Below, one piece after another: positions 29,116 through 39,537 of a DNA stretch of 64,000 nt. Source of the DNA: a bacterium (GTDB taxonomy: Bacteria; Bacillota_I; Bacilli_A; RFN20; CAG-826). Location of the stretch: positions 9,178 through 73,177 of the forward strand of contig CAVDSY010000003.1 in the NCBI GenBank assembly GCA_963611815.1. The letters run 5' to 3'. The notes under the pieces were generated by a model that saw only the letters and a list, made by a program, of their open reading frames with translations, did no database searches and was not told where the DNA came from. A program made the translations under genes and the position numbers. How positions within the stretch are numbered: position 1 is the stretch's first letter; every line of letters begins with the position of its first letter.

Positions 29116-30456
29116 ATGGAGTTTAAAAGGAAGGTATATAGCCAAATGAAGGAGTGGAAAGATGAAAGAAACAAGAATTCCGCTCTTTTGATTGAAGGAG
29201 CTAGGCGCGTGGGAAAAACGACGATCGTCAAGGAGTTTGCCAAAAACGAATACGACGGTTTCATTTATATAGATTTCACTTATGCTCCCGACGAAGTCAA
29301 AAGCCTTTTTAAGAAGATAAACCCGGCCAATCGGCTTTCCATGGACCAGTTCTTCTCAGATTTGTTTCTGCTTTTTGGAAAAACGCTGAAGAAAGGAGAT
29401 TTGATCATTTTCGATGAGGTTCAGCATTTCCCATTGGCAAGGCAAGCGATAAAGGCGCTCGTCTCCGATGCCAGATACGACTACATAGAGACAGGCTCTT
29501 TGATTTCCATCCGTGAGAATACGCAGGACATCCAAATCCCTTCCGAAGAAAGAAGGATCGAGATGCACCCCATGGATTTTGAGGAATTCTGCTGGGCTTT
29601 TGGCTGGAACGAGAAATGTGAGATGCTCCGCGCGATATGGGATCAGCGCAAGACGATCAGCGAAAGCGCCCACAGGCTTTTGATGGATGATTTCAGACTC
29701 TACTTGGCTTTGGGGGGGATGCCGAAAGTCGTCTCTTTGTATCAAGAGACCCACTCATTCATGCGCTGCGAGAAGGAAAAGCAGGACATATTGAAGCTAT
29801 ATGAGGACGATCTGAGAAAGCACGACAACAAATCGAGGACGCGGACATTGGATATCTATGATTCCATGCTTCCTTCACTCAAAACCTGGTCGAGGAGAGT
29901 GAAGACGAACAATCGGAGTTCCAGCATGGCCCTATCCTATCAAAGGTCGCTCAAAGATCTTGAGGACTCCAAAATAGTGAACGCGGTCTACCGCTGCCAA
30001 GATTTGAGTTTCGGCACTTTCATGAAGGAAGAGAACGATTTCAAACTTTATCCCCTCGATGTCGGGCTTATGCTCAGCTCTTTGATTGGCGATGCGAACG
30101 ACGATTGCGAGAAGACGTATCTCAAAATAAGGACTGGAAAGCTGGATGGGGCCAATTTCGGAGTTCTGTACGAATCGCTGGTTGCCCAAAGCTTGGCATG
30201 CAACGAAAGGAAGGTCTTCTATCACACCTTCGAGTACGGCGAGAAAAGATATGAGATCGACTTCGCCACCTTCATAAAAGGAAAGATGAATGTGATTGAG
30301 GTCAAATCGACGAAGCGTTTCACGACTTCTTCTTTGTCTTCTTTGAAAGCTAAATACCCGCAGCTGAAGTTCGATAAGTTAGTCGTCTCGCCCAAAACCC
30401 TCAGCTATGACGCCGAGACGACTTACCTTCCTATTTATATGACTTTCCTGCTCTAA
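29116..30456 (+). CDS. AAA+ ATPase (AAA_14/DUF4143 family)
   Basis: Walker A LIEGARRVGKTTIV; Walker B LIIFDEVQ; RBS gatggagg; intact paralog of the remnant at 3842-4320. Confidence 0.65.
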   Translation: MEFKRKVYSQMKEWKDERNKNSALLIEGARRVGKTTIVKEFAKNEYDGFIYIDFTYAPDEVKSLFKKINPANRLSMDQFFSDLFLLFGKTLKKGDLIIFDEVQHFPLARQAIKALVSDARYDYIETGSLISIRENTQDIQIPSEERRIEMHPMDFEEFCWAFGWNEKCEMLRAIWDQRKTISESAHRLLMDDFRLYLALGGMPKVVSLYQETHSFMRCEKEKQDILKLYEDDLRKHDNKSRTRTLDIYDSMLPSLKTWSRRVKTNNRSSSMALSYQRSLKDLEDSKIVNAVYRCQDLSFGTFMKEENDFKLYPLDVGLMLSSLIGDANDDCEKTYLKIRTGKLDGANFGVLYESLVAQSLACNERKVFYHTFEYGEKRYEIDFATFIKGKMNVIEVKSTKRFTTSSLSSLKAKYPQLKFDKLVVSPKTLSYDAETTYLPIYMTFLL

Positions 30457-30469
30457 AAGCGGGCGCCGC

Positions 30470-31957
30470 TTAACGGCGGTGGAAGAGCTTTTTGGTCTCG
30501 TAGATGGGGTCGCTTGTGTGGTCGATCCCAAGTTTTTTGAGCGTGCCGTTATCCATCTCGGAGAGGATGACGGTGCTGTGGGACTGGCAGCCTTTGAGCT
30601 TCGGCAGCTGCTCCAAAGCCATCTCGGCGAGGGGATTGGTGAGCGCGGAGATAGAGAGGGCGAGGAGGATCTCGTCTAAATGCAAACGGGGATTATGGCC
30701 TCCTAACGAATCGGTCTTGAGGCGGCAGATTGGCTCGAGGATTGATTTGGGGAGGATAGCGACGGAATCCTTGATGCCGGCGAGATATTTGAGGGCGTTG
30801 AGAATCATGGCGCTGTTGCAGCGGAGGAGGGGCGAGTTCTTGCCCGTGATGAGCGTCCCGTCATCAAGCTCGATGGCGGATGCGGGCTCGGCGGTTTTCT
30901 CTGCTTTGGCCCTGGCGGCGGCGATGGCGCGCCTTTCGGAGACGTCGATGCCGTTGTTCTTCATGATGGAGTCGATTTTGGCGATCTCCGCGTCGTTGCT
31001 CTTGCCTTGCCTTCTCTTCACCAAGGCGTTGAGGTAGCGTCTGATGATCTCTTGGCGGCTCGCCTGCTGGCAGGCCTCGTCGTCACTTATGCAGTAGCCG
31101 GCCATATTGACGCCCATGTCGGTCGGGGATTTGTAGGGGGAGGAGCCGAAGATCTTCTCGAAGACGCGGTTGAGGACGGGGAAGATTTCGATGTCGCGGT
31201 TGTAGTTGACCGTGCTCAATCCATAGGCCTCTAAATGATAGGGGTCGATCATGTTCACATCATCAAGATCGGCGGTGGCGGCTTCGTAAGCGAGGTTGAC
31301 GGGGTGCTTCAAAGGCAGGTTCCAGATCGGGAATGTCTCGAATTTGGCGTAGCCTGACTTGATGCCGTTTTTGTTGTCGTGATAAAGCTGGGAGAGGCAG
31401 GTGGCCATCTTGCCGCTTCCTGGGCCAGGGGCGGTCAAGACGACGAGGGGGCGGGTGGTCTCGATGTAATCGTTTTTGCCTAGGCCCTCCTCGGAGACGA
31501 TGTGCTCGACGTTGTAGGGATAGCCTTCGATGACGTAGTGACGGTAGGTCCTGATCTCTTGTTTTTGGAGGAGCTTCTCGAATTGCTTGGCCCCTTTCTG
31601 ATTCTGGAACTGGGTCAAGACGACGGAACTGACGTAAAGGCCAGCCGCGCGGAAAGCGTCGATGAGGCGGAGGACTTCCTGGTCGTAAGTGATGCCTAAG
31701 TCCCCGCGGGTCTTTGCCTGCTCGATGGTCTCGGAGTTTATCGCGATGACTATCTCCGCCTGATCTTTCATCTTGAGGAGCAGCTGAAGCTTGGAGGAGG
31801 GCTCGAAGCCAGGCAAAACGCGGGAAGCGTGGTAATCGTCGAAGAGCTTGCCGCCGAACTCGAGGTAGAGCTTGCCCCCGAACTGGGCGATCCTCTCCTG
31901 GATGTGCTCGCTTTGCAGCGCGAGATACTTCGCATTGTCGAAACCTATTTTGGCCAT
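30470..31957 (-). CDS. UPF0371/DUF1846 family protein
   Basis: MAKIGFDNAKYLALQSEHIQERIAQFGGKLYLEFGGKLFDDYHASRVLPGFEP is the hallmark N-terminus of this family; the ORF track extension upstream is arginine-rich junk. Confidence 0.7.
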   Translation of the reverse strand: MAKIGFDNAKYLALQSEHIQERIAQFGGKLYLEFGGKLFDDYHASRVLPGFEPSSKLQLLLKMKDQAEIVIAINSETIEQAKTRGDLGITYDQEVLRLIDAFRAAGLYVSSVVLTQFQNQKGAKQFEKLLQKQEIRTYRHYVIEGYPYNVEHIVSEEGLGKNDYIETTRPLVVLTAPGPGSGKMATCLSQLYHDNKNGIKSGYAKFETFPIWNLPLKHPVNLAYEAATADLDDVNMIDPYHLEAYGLSTVNYNRDIEIFPVLNRVFEKIFGSSPYKSPTDMGVNMAGYCISDDEACQQASRQEIIRRYLNALVKRRQGKSNDAEIAKIDSIMKNNGIDVSERRAIAAARAKAEKTAEPASAIELDDGTLITGKNSPLLRCNSAMILNALKYLAGIKDSVAILPKSILEPICRLKTDSLGGHNPRLHLDEILLALSISALTNPLAEMALEQLPKLKGCQSHSTVILSEMDNGTLKKLGIDHTSDPIYETKKLFHRR

Positions 31958-32126
31958 AAGAACCCCTTTGGTGTGGAATTTACCGCCCTTTATTGTACCG
32001 ACGGGACAGGGGGTCAGGCTAGCGGAAAAGGATGAAGAACGCCTGAAAGCGTTAACAAAGATAAAGTTGGCTTGATTCACGGCGAAAAAAGCCGCATTCT
32101 CAAGGAAGGCGGCTGCTGGTCGATGG

Positions 32127-33116
32127 TTATTCCTGAGGCTTTTCTGAAGCTTTTTCTTTCTGGGCTTCTTTTTTCTTCGAGAGGCGAAGCAAGAAGAAGA
32201 CAAAAGCGGCCCCGACAAGGAAGAGGACGGCCCCGACGATATAGTCCCAAGTTTTTATCGAGCCAGCGACGTACTTGGGATAGAGCTCGCTGTTGAAGAA
32301 CATTGAGATGAGAGAGCCGATGATGAGGCCAAGGATGCCGTAGAAAGTCGAGACGCGGCGCTTCTCCAAAAGTTTGCCCATGAATTTGCTGGAGAAGACG
32401 ATGCCCCCGAGGATGCCTATCAAGAGGAGAAGGGCCAGGACGAGACCGGTGGCGATGTAGCCTCCATCTGAGCTTGCCCAGATGCTTATCGTGCCTTCTT
32501 TATGCGAAGGGATGAATGTGTTGAGAATAGGCAGATAAAGCCCGAATACCATCATGGTCATCGATCCTGAGATGCCGGGGACGATGAGCGCGAAGGCAGC
32601 GATGAACCCAGCGAATGGAACGTAGATGTACATCCACCAGCTGCGGTCGACCAAAGCGCCTTGCAGGTCAATTTTGCACAAAGCCGTGACTACTCCTAAT
32701 CCTGCGGCGAGAATAAAACAAAGCAAGAAAGCAAGGGTGTGGGCGGCTTTCTCTTTGGAGGATGCGCCTTTCTTCAATTCGGCGAAAGTGACGGGCAAAG
32801 AGCCAAGTACCATGCCGCCGAATAGGCCAGTCAAGGAGAAGGGGGCCACCTCGTATCCTTTTTTGATGCCAAGGAACGCCGCGACCGCCCCTATCAATAG
32901 GCCCAAAATGAAAGGAAGGAGATAAAGGAAGGACTTCTTGAAATGTTTCCTTAAGGAGGAGATGCTGCCGATTATCGAATCATAGCAACCTTCCGCGACG
33001 GCAATGGTGCCACCGCTTAGACCAGGGATCGCCACGGAGATGCCCAAGGTTATCCCTTTTGCGCCGTCGAGGAAGAATCCGGCGGTGCTTCTTTTGCTTT
33101 GCTCGTTGTTTTCCAT
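32127..33116 (-). CDS. DUF368 family membrane protein
   Basis: duplicated AIPGLSGGT / VPGISGSMT motifs. Confidence 0.6.
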   Translation of the reverse strand: MENNEQSKRSTAGFFLDGAKGITLGISVAIPGLSGGTIAVAEGCYDSIIGSISSLRKHFKKSFLYLLPFILGLLIGAVAAFLGIKKGYEVAPFSLTGLFGGMVLGSLPVTFAELKKGASSKEKAAHTLAFLLCFILAAGLGVVTALCKIDLQGALVDRSWWMYIYVPFAGFIAAFALIVPGISGSMTMMVFGLYLPILNTFIPSHKEGTISIWASSDGGYIATGLVLALLLLIGILGGIVFSSKFMGKLLEKRRVSTFYGILGLIIGSLISMFFNSELYPKYVAGSIKTWDYIVGAVLFLVGAAFVFFLLRLSKKKEAQKEKASEKPQE

Positions 33117-33213
33117 ATCGAGAAGTCTACTTGTTTCGCCCCTTTCTGTACACAGCGAAGCCAATGCCTGTTTTGCCGAAAATAGGATTTTTGCGGGGAT
33201 TTCTGTTTCAAAA

Positions 33214-33942
33214 TTATTTGTCTTCGCCAAAAGCCAGCTTTCTTATTTTGCCGACGTTGCGGTTCATGAGCTTTCTGCCGATGTGTTGATACATCCATTT
33301 TTTCAAAGGGGACATATTCTGGTGATGCTCTTTAAGCAATGCATCCATCGAATCGTAGGTGCCTAGATCCTCGACGATCCCTTCTTTTTGGATATAGGTG
33401 TTGTTCCGATTGAATTCTATGGGCGGGTTTTTTAGATTTTTTGTGCCAACGCCATAGCCAAGGAGATACCCTTCTTCCTTCGGGAATTTGGTCCTGACTC
33501 CGTTCAGATAATCCTTGTCGAGGATGAAGCCTTCCAGGTCATACCAGACGCCATCTAAGAACACTTCGACGAAACTATGGAATATCTTTTCGGGAGCAAG
33601 ACTGTAAACGATGCCGGTCATGGCTCCGCGCTGAAGTTTTTTGGTAATGTAGAAGCCATGAACTCTGCATGGGATTTCCAAAGATCTTAGCAAAGCCATT
33701 AAAAGGGTTCCCTTCGTATTGCACTGGCCGAAGCCGTCTTTCAGAACATCGGTGGCTTTCAAAGAGTCGTCTTTGTTGTAGCCGAAGAGGATCTCATTTT
33801 GGACGAAATCATATGCTTCCTGGATTTTCCGAAGAGCGGTGAGGCCCTCCCATCCTTTATTTTTGATTAGGGCCTGGATTTCAGGCGACATGAAATTGAT
33901 CATCCTTGTTTGCGCGAGATAGTTTGGCGTCATTTCTTTCAT
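33214..33942 (-). CDS. transglutaminase-like superfamily protein (putative cysteine protease)
   Basis: GQCNTKGTLLMALLRSLEIPCRV core. Confidence 0.55.
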   Translation of the reverse strand: MKEMTPNYLAQTRMINFMSPEIQALIKNKGWEGLTALRKIQEAYDFVQNEILFGYNKDDSLKATDVLKDGFGQCNTKGTLLMALLRSLEIPCRVHGFYITKKLQRGAMTGIVYSLAPEKIFHSFVEVFLDGVWYDLEGFILDKDYLNGVRTKFPKEEGYLLGYGVGTKNLKNPPIEFNRNNTYIQKEGIVEDLGTYDSMDALLKEHHQNMSPLKKWMYQHIGRKLMNRNVGKIRKLAFGEDK

Positions 33943-34280
33943 GCCTTGATTGTAGCAAGAGGCGGCATTCGGATTCAAAAGCGAAAAACTGATGGGAAAT
34001 TCACCAGGCCGCGTCAAATAAATCACGCTGATTTTGTTAGCGCTTACAAAGTTGTTTCCTCAACCGCGAAAATCCCGTTTATAATAATCGCGTCAGGAGG
34101 AAACCCCTGACCGCCAAGAGGGAAAATTGCTCCCCCTACGTATTGATATATCCGGGAATTCTGATTGCGCTCCTCTGTTGTTGAAAGCCCGTTGCGGACG
34201 GGAATCCTGAAGGGAAGACAAGAATGCCCACCTCTTATAAAAGAGGGACCATATCAGCCTTCTTGGCAAGCAAGCTCCTA

Positions 34281-34319
34281 AACCTCCGGGCTTCTCCTCT
34301 CGGAGGTTTTCCTTTTTGG
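34281..34319 (+). terminator. intrinsic terminator inside the ~350-nt leader of the DUF1113 gene (attenuator or riboswitch expression platform)
   Basis: aacctccg-ggcttctcctct-cggaggtt then ttcctttttgg; 55 nt upstream of ATG 34375. Confidence 0.45.
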
Positions 34320-34374
34320 AGCAAAATCGCGCTACGGCTCCTTAACTTTGCTAAAATCGCCCTGAGGAAAAACG

Positions 34375-35316
34375 ATGTTTGCCAAAATGACCCCAACCGA
34401 AGCCTTCCTGCTCTATCTCTTTTTGTTTTTGATGGGCTCGGTTTTAGGCTATGGCCTTGAGGTGCTCTTCCGCAGGCTATTCACCGCCAAAAAATGGGTG
34501 AATCCCGGTTTCATGAGAGGCCCTTGGCTCCCATTGTACGGTTTCGGGACCATCATCATGTTCACCGTGGTCACTCTTCTTTTGACCTGTTTGCCATCTT
34601 GGTCTTTCTATAATCCATTCGGATCTTATGGCTTCTTGGATGAAGCAAGCGGCCCGAGCGTCGCCGATCTCCTGCCCATCTCCATCATGGCCATATCCAT
34701 GATCCTTCTCGAGTTCGTCGCCGGGCTGATCTTTGTTAAGGGCTTCAAGGTCAAGCTATGGGATTACACGAACATGAAAGGCAACATCATGGGCGTAATC
34801 TGCCCGCAGTTCAATCTGATTTGGCTCGCCTGCGCTGTCGTTTTCTATTACGGGATCAATCCCTTTCTCTATAAAGCCGCCCTCGCTTCGTTTGATTATA
34901 TGTTCGGCGGAGATGGCGGGGTGGCTCATTTCGGCTTCATCTTCTTCATGGGCCTTGTCTACGGCGTCATTCTCATAGATTTCATTGTCTCCGCTCAAGT
35001 GTTCACCCGCGTAAGGAGCTGGGCGAATAGAAGCGGACTCGCTTCCAGGTACGATGAGATGCGCCTCAAATATAAGGAAGGCGTGGTCGAAGCCAGGACA
35101 AAGTTCCAAAACGCCATCCCAGCAGAGATGAAGGTCGTCATCGAAAAAGGCAAAGAGAAAGCCAAGGAAGGCGAGGCCGTCTCCAAAAAAGCCGTTTCTT
35201 GGTTCGCCAAACTTGTCTTCATCGATCCCAACAAAGCCAAAGATACCGCAAATAATTACGACTCCAACGGTCGGCCGGTGTCGGAGGAGGGCAATCAAAA
35301 GGAGAAACAATCATGA
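34375..35316 (+). CDS. membrane protein, DUF1113 / putative ABC-transporter type IV family
   Basis: LEVLFRR...W.NPGFMRGPWLPLYGFG signature. Confidence 0.55.
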   Translation: MFAKMTPTEAFLLYLFLFLMGSVLGYGLEVLFRRLFTAKKWVNPGFMRGPWLPLYGFGTIIMFTVVTLLLTCLPSWSFYNPFGSYGFLDEASGPSVADLLPISIMAISMILLEFVAGLIFVKGFKVKLWDYTNMKGNIMGVICPQFNLIWLACAVVFYYGINPFLYKAALASFDYMFGGDGGVAHFGFIFFMGLVYGVILIDFIVSAQVFTRVRSWANRSGLASRYDEMRLKYKEGVVEARTKFQNAIPAEMKVVIEKGKEKAKEGEAVSKKAVSWFAKLVFIDPNKAKDTANNYDSNGRPVSEEGNQKEKQS

Positions 35317-35657
35317 AATTAGCAATTGCTTATGAGAACGGCGAGGTCTTCCAGCATTTCGGAGAGACCCCTTCTTACTTACTCGTCGACATTGAGGCAG
35401 GCAAAGTGGTGAGCAAGGCCGTCCACGATAACGGCGAAGCCTCCCACATTGCATTGATTGACGTTTTGGTTGGGCTTGGCGCGGATGCCGTCGTCGTCGG
35501 AGGGCTTGGCGGAGGCGCTTTCGTCCGTCTGCAGGCTGCGGGGATTAAAATCTATGCCCCATACTTCGGCAGCGCGGAGCAAGCGATAAGCGATTTCCTC
35601 GCAGGAAAGCTTGTCGAAGCAAATGCCCCGACGCATCAATGCTCCTGCCACCATTGA
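35313..35657 (+). CDS. NifB/NifX-like dinitrogenase FeMo-cofactor-binding fold protein (DUF134-like)
   Basis: MKLAIAYENGEVFQHFGETPSYLLVDIEAGKV...; overlaps preceding gene by 4 nt. Confidence 0.6.
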   Translation: MKLAIAYENGEVFQHFGETPSYLLVDIEAGKVVSKAVHDNGEASHIALIDVLVGLGADAVVVGGLGGGAFVRLQAAGIKIYAPYFGSAEQAISDFLAGKLVEANAPTHQCSCHH

Positions 35658-35712
35658 GACAGATTGCTGCGCAGAAGCCGCTTTATTTTTCTTTTTGCAG
35701 GCTTTTTGAACG

Positions 35713-35746
35713 AAAAAAGGCATCGCCTGTTGACGATGCCTTTTTG
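35713..35746. terminator. bidirectional rho-independent terminator (aaaaaggcatcg..cgatgccttttt)
   Basis: perfect inverted repeat flanked by A- and T-runs between convergent genes. Confidence 0.65.
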
Positions 35747-35757
35747 TTGATTTGGGC

Positions 35758-38031
35758 TTACCAAGCCGAGACGTAGAAGATCGTGTTCCCGTCTTTGGTG
35801 TAGACGTGGTACTTCAGCATGGCGCTGGTGCCGTCGTCATTATCGATATAATAGACGGCTCTTTGGCAGATCGCCCCATCGTCGGAGCACTCCTGCCACT
35901 CCTCGAACTCGGTGAAGCCGACGGGGATCAAATCGGCAATTACCATGTCCTTAACTTCGCTCTCGCTCATGCTTGTTCCAAGATTGAGCTCGAAACGGTA
36001 GATGCCGAATTCGCTTTCGATGTTTATCTCATGGCCTTTTTCGCGGAGGACGGAAGCGACGGCGTTGATGGCGCTTTCCGGGGTGTAATTGGTCCCGTTT
36101 TTGACAACCACTTTGCAAGTTACCTCTCTCTTGCCTTCGCCGGGGATTTCAATCGAAGCCGTGATGGTCGCTGTGGTGCCGACGGCAGTGCCTTCGGCGA
36201 CCTCGACGAGGCCGTTATTGTCGACGGTGATTTTGCCTGTTGAGTCATCGCAGGTGTAGGTGACTTCGTATGGGAGCATCTTCTTGATGAGGTTCAAAAA
36301 TTTGCTTGAGCCGGCGTAGATTCTTACTTCCTCGTCCCAGAAGGCGAACTCGGGCTGATGCTCATAGCCGTTGCCTGCTTTGACGATGATCGAAGTGGTG
36401 CCTAGCCCGCCGATTTCAAAGACGTCAGCCGCTATGGTAACGGAAATCTTGCCGTCTGGATCTTCGTAGACGATGTTGTAGTCGGAATCGATGGTGTCGT
36501 ACCAGCCCATCTTGTAGAGAAGATCTGAATATGTCTCCAAAGCCATGTTGTCGCTGTCGAGAATCGAGATAGTCATGCCCATGTCTGCTTTGGCGAGATC
36601 TTCTGCGCGGGCTTTTATTTGGTTTTCGTTGGGCTTGTCGGCGAAGTACTCTTCCCAGTTGCTCGCGATTTCTTCTTGATAGGAGAGACAAGCCTCTTTG
36701 TAATATTCCTCGCCCCTTACGGCGTATTTAATCTGTTCGCCGTTATCGGGGATGGCGCTGCTAGGCAAAGTTGGCAGGGTGATTCCTTCGATTCCCAAAG
36801 TCGTCTTCACGGTGTTTGCGACCACTTCGCTGGGCCAAGCGGAAACAAAGGTGCTCGTTGGGGTAGAGGCGGTGATTCCGATTTTGAAGCCGACCGGATC
36901 CTCGCCGTCCATGATGAAGCCGCTGGCGATCGAATAGGTCTCATCCCAGCCCAAAGACGGGTTCTTCAGCTGGCCGTAGATGTAGTTGGTGTAACTATAG
37001 GTGTCGGACAAGGCGAGGGTATAGATGTAGTAGGTGTCGTTCTTTTTGTAGACTTGGTATTTGCCGCCGTCGGCAACGTCGAACTTTGGAAGGCTGATCC
37101 CAAACCTCTCGTTGATTTCGGAAACGAATTCATTGTCCCAGGAGGTGTAGGCCTTCTCGCTTGGGGTGTAATAGGCATCGATCACGTTGCCTCCGATGTA
37201 GTAGAGAGCGACGTCGATTATCGACCCGTCAGAGAGTTTCTTGCTCAGGACGTATTTATCATTTTTTTCACTGAGCTCCTCGTCGAGGGCGAATCCGTCA
37301 TTCTTTAATATGGATATATAGTCGTTTGTGAGGTTCAAGGCGTAGGTGTCGTAGATCTCACAGGCATCATAGGCGATCTGAACCGCTTTGTAATCGTCGC
37401 CCATTTTGATGAAGGGCAAAGAGGAGGTTAGGGCCTCTTTCATGACGTCTTGTGCGTCTTCATTCCAAGAAACATCCGCGCTTTTGCTGCTGGAAAGATC
37501 GTTGAAGCAGCGAATCAGATTTCCTGCGCTGCAAAACTTCCCGTAGGCGTCATAATAGGATGGCTGATAGAGATAGAAGATGTCGTAACCTGTTTTTCCA
37601 TCGGAAGAGAGTTTGGTCACCTCGACGTATTTGCTGGTGCCGTTGGATTGTGCCGTCTCTCCGCTATAGGTGGTGACGACGTTCCAGCCCGCTTCTTCAA
37701 GATCTTGGAAGTAAGGCTGCAAGGAGAACTCGCGCGACTCGTCTTTTATCTCCAAATACGTGTAACCCTCGACATCTTCGCTTTCGACGACATTGAAGGT
37801 GGTTTTCCCGGAGAAGTAACGGGATGGATAAGGCAAAACCTCGCCGCAGTATTGCTTGAGGAGTTCTTTTTGATCGTCTTCCCAACCAAGCCCGCTATCG
37901 TCTGAACTGGACTCATCTATTGAAGAGGAGGGCTGGCTTCCGCCACATGAGGCAATGGTTCCGATCATCCCTAGAGTGGCTAAGGACGAGAGGCAAAGGT
38001 TGATTATTCTTTTTCTTTTCATATGTTTCAC
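35758..38031 (-). CDS. large secreted lipoprotein of unknown function with C-terminal Ig-like (Big_2-like) region
   Basis: MKHMKRKRIINLCLSSLATLGMIGTIASC lipobox; 757 aa. Confidence 0.6.
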   Translation of the reverse strand: MKHMKRKRIINLCLSSLATLGMIGTIASCGGSQPSSSIDESSSDDSGLGWEDDQKELLKQYCGEVLPYPSRYFSGKTTFNVVESEDVEGYTYLEIKDESREFSLQPYFQDLEEAGWNVVTTYSGETAQSNGTSKYVEVTKLSSDGKTGYDIFYLYQPSYYDAYGKFCSAGNLIRCFNDLSSSKSADVSWNEDAQDVMKEALTSSLPFIKMGDDYKAVQIAYDACEIYDTYALNLTNDYISILKNDGFALDEELSEKNDKYVLSKKLSDGSIIDVALYYIGGNVIDAYYTPSEKAYTSWDNEFVSEINERFGISLPKFDVADGGKYQVYKKNDTYYIYTLALSDTYSYTNYIYGQLKNPSLGWDETYSIASGFIMDGEDPVGFKIGITASTPTSTFVSAWPSEVVANTVKTTLGIEGITLPTLPSSAIPDNGEQIKYAVRGEEYYKEACLSYQEEIASNWEEYFADKPNENQIKARAEDLAKADMGMTISILDSDNMALETYSDLLYKMGWYDTIDSDYNIVYEDPDGKISVTIAADVFEIGGLGTTSIIVKAGNGYEHQPEFAFWDEEVRIYAGSSKFLNLIKKMLPYEVTYTCDDSTGKITVDNNGLVEVAEGTAVGTTATITASIEIPGEGKREVTCKVVVKNGTNYTPESAINAVASVLREKGHEINIESEFGIYRFELNLGTSMSESEVKDMVIADLIPVGFTEFEEWQECSDDGAICQRAVYYIDNDDGTSAMLKYHVYTKDGNTIFYVSAW

Positions 38032-38391
38032 CTGTTTATTAGCAGTGGCTATTATGTTGGATGTAATTCAAAAGTAAAGTCTTTGGAACCCTGACATTTG
38101 CTGGCGCTTTTCTTGAAAACTTCGTTGCTTTATAAGAAAAAACAAAACTTTTGCGGAGTTTTTAAGGCTGTTTGGGCGACAATTTCCTAGACGTAAAGAG
38201 AAACAAATAAAATGCCTGGCCATTCCTGATGTTTTGTTTTAGGGCAGCAAGGGCGCTTTTACCTATAAGCCCCCCTGCGGGGGCGATTATCGGCATTTTA
38301 CTCATGAAGAAAGCGCTTTAATGAAAACCTCTCTCGTTTTGGGAAACCCAATAGATTAGACTTTACTGAAATATTGAGGAGGAAGTTTTCC

Positions 38392-39384
38392 ATGCTCGAC
38401 AACGCACTCATCTTCTCTCTTTCTGCGAACCAGAAACTCGCCGAAGCCATCGCCAAGAAACTTGGCGTTAGGTTGGGCGAGAGGATCGTCAAGAAGTTCC
38501 CTTCCGGGGAAACTCTTGTCGAACCGATCGATTCGGTCCGCGGGAAGCAGATTTTCATCATCGAATCCACCTGCCCGCCGGTCAACGAGAACCTGATGGA
38601 GACATTGATCTTCATCGATTCACTCAAAAGGTCTTCCGCGAAGGAAATAAACCTCGTCTGCCCCTATTTTGGCTACGCTAGGCAAGACCGAAAGGCTCAT
38701 GCGCGCCAGCCGATCACCGCTTCCTTGGTGGCTCATTTATTCGATGTCGCCGGGCTCAACCGCGTGATTACCGTCAACCTCCATGCCGCCCAGATTCAAG
38801 GCTTCTTCTCTTGCCTTGCCGACGACCTCACCGCCGTCCCGCTTCTTGGAGGCGCTTTCCTTCAGCACAATCCAGACATCTCCAACCTCGTCGTTGTCTC
38901 GCCAGACCATGGCGGCGTAGGACGCGCGAGGGATCTTGCCGAGCAGTTTAACAATTGCCCCATCGCGATAATCGACAAAAGGCGCAACGCCACCGGGGCG
39001 CCTGAAGTCATGAATATCATCGGCGACGTCAATGGCAAAGATTGCATCCTCGTCGACGACATGATTGACACGGGCAGAAGCGCGGTTAACGCCGCCAACG
39101 CCATCCGCAAGATGGGCGCGGCGTCCGTGAGGATGGTCTCCGTCCATGCCGTTTTCTCCGATCCTTGCTACGATCTCATCAAGGACGGCAAGGCCTTCGA
39201 CGAAATCATCGTCACCGATTCCATCCCGCTCGATGAGCGTTTCTCCGCCCTCCCTTTCGTGAAGGTGATTTCGCTTTCCGATATGCTCGGCGAATGCATT
39301 TTGCGCATCGTTCACAATGCGCCTCTATCTTCCGTCTACACTGCCTTCAATGACTCGCATACGTTGATGGTCAAATATAAGTAA
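38392..39384 (+). CDS. prs: ribose-phosphate pyrophosphokinase
   Basis: NLVCPYFGYARQDRK; DLHA.QIQGFF; PRPP-binding loop VDDMIDTG. Confidence 0.85.
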   Translation: MLDNALIFSLSANQKLAEAIAKKLGVRLGERIVKKFPSGETLVEPIDSVRGKQIFIIESTCPPVNENLMETLIFIDSLKRSSAKEINLVCPYFGYARQDRKAHARQPITASLVAHLFDVAGLNRVITVNLHAAQIQGFFSCLADDLTAVPLLGGAFLQHNPDISNLVVVSPDHGGVGRARDLAEQFNNCPIAIIDKRRNATGAPEVMNIIGDVNGKDCILVDDMIDTGRSAVNAANAIRKMGAASVRMVSVHAVFSDPCYDLIKDGKAFDEIIVTDSIPLDERFSALPFVKVISLSDMLGECILRIVHNAPLSSVYTAFNDSHTLMVKYK

Positions 39385-39409
39385 AACGGCATTTACAGGT
39401 GTAACTAAA

Positions 39410-39459
39410 CCCCGATGTCGTCCAACCTTTTCTCGGTTGAGGGCATCGGGGATTTTTTG
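39410..39459 (+). terminator. rho-independent terminator after prs
   Basis: ccccgatg...catcgggg then attttttg. Confidence 0.6.
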
Positions 39460-39537
39460 TTAGCGCTTTCTTTATCATATCACTTGTTAACCTTTGTTTA
39501 TTTTTCTTTAATCTCTTCGTAAGCAAAGGAGAGAAAG

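Noticed and set aside
30470-32218. 582-aa version of the UPF0371 gene, 1104-nt version of the DUF368 gene and 270-aa version of the transglutaminase-like gene as drawn by the ORF track
   Set aside because: The upstream extensions are Arg/Lys-rich or unrelated sequence reached via alternative start codons. Family-conserved N-termini and RBS positions support the shorter starts given in the feature list.
34224-34460. 78-aa ORF spanning the terminator upstream of the DUF1113 gene
   Set aside because: It runs through a strong intrinsic terminator and into the start of the downstream gene in another frame, and it has no coding signal. The region is treated as a regulatory leader.
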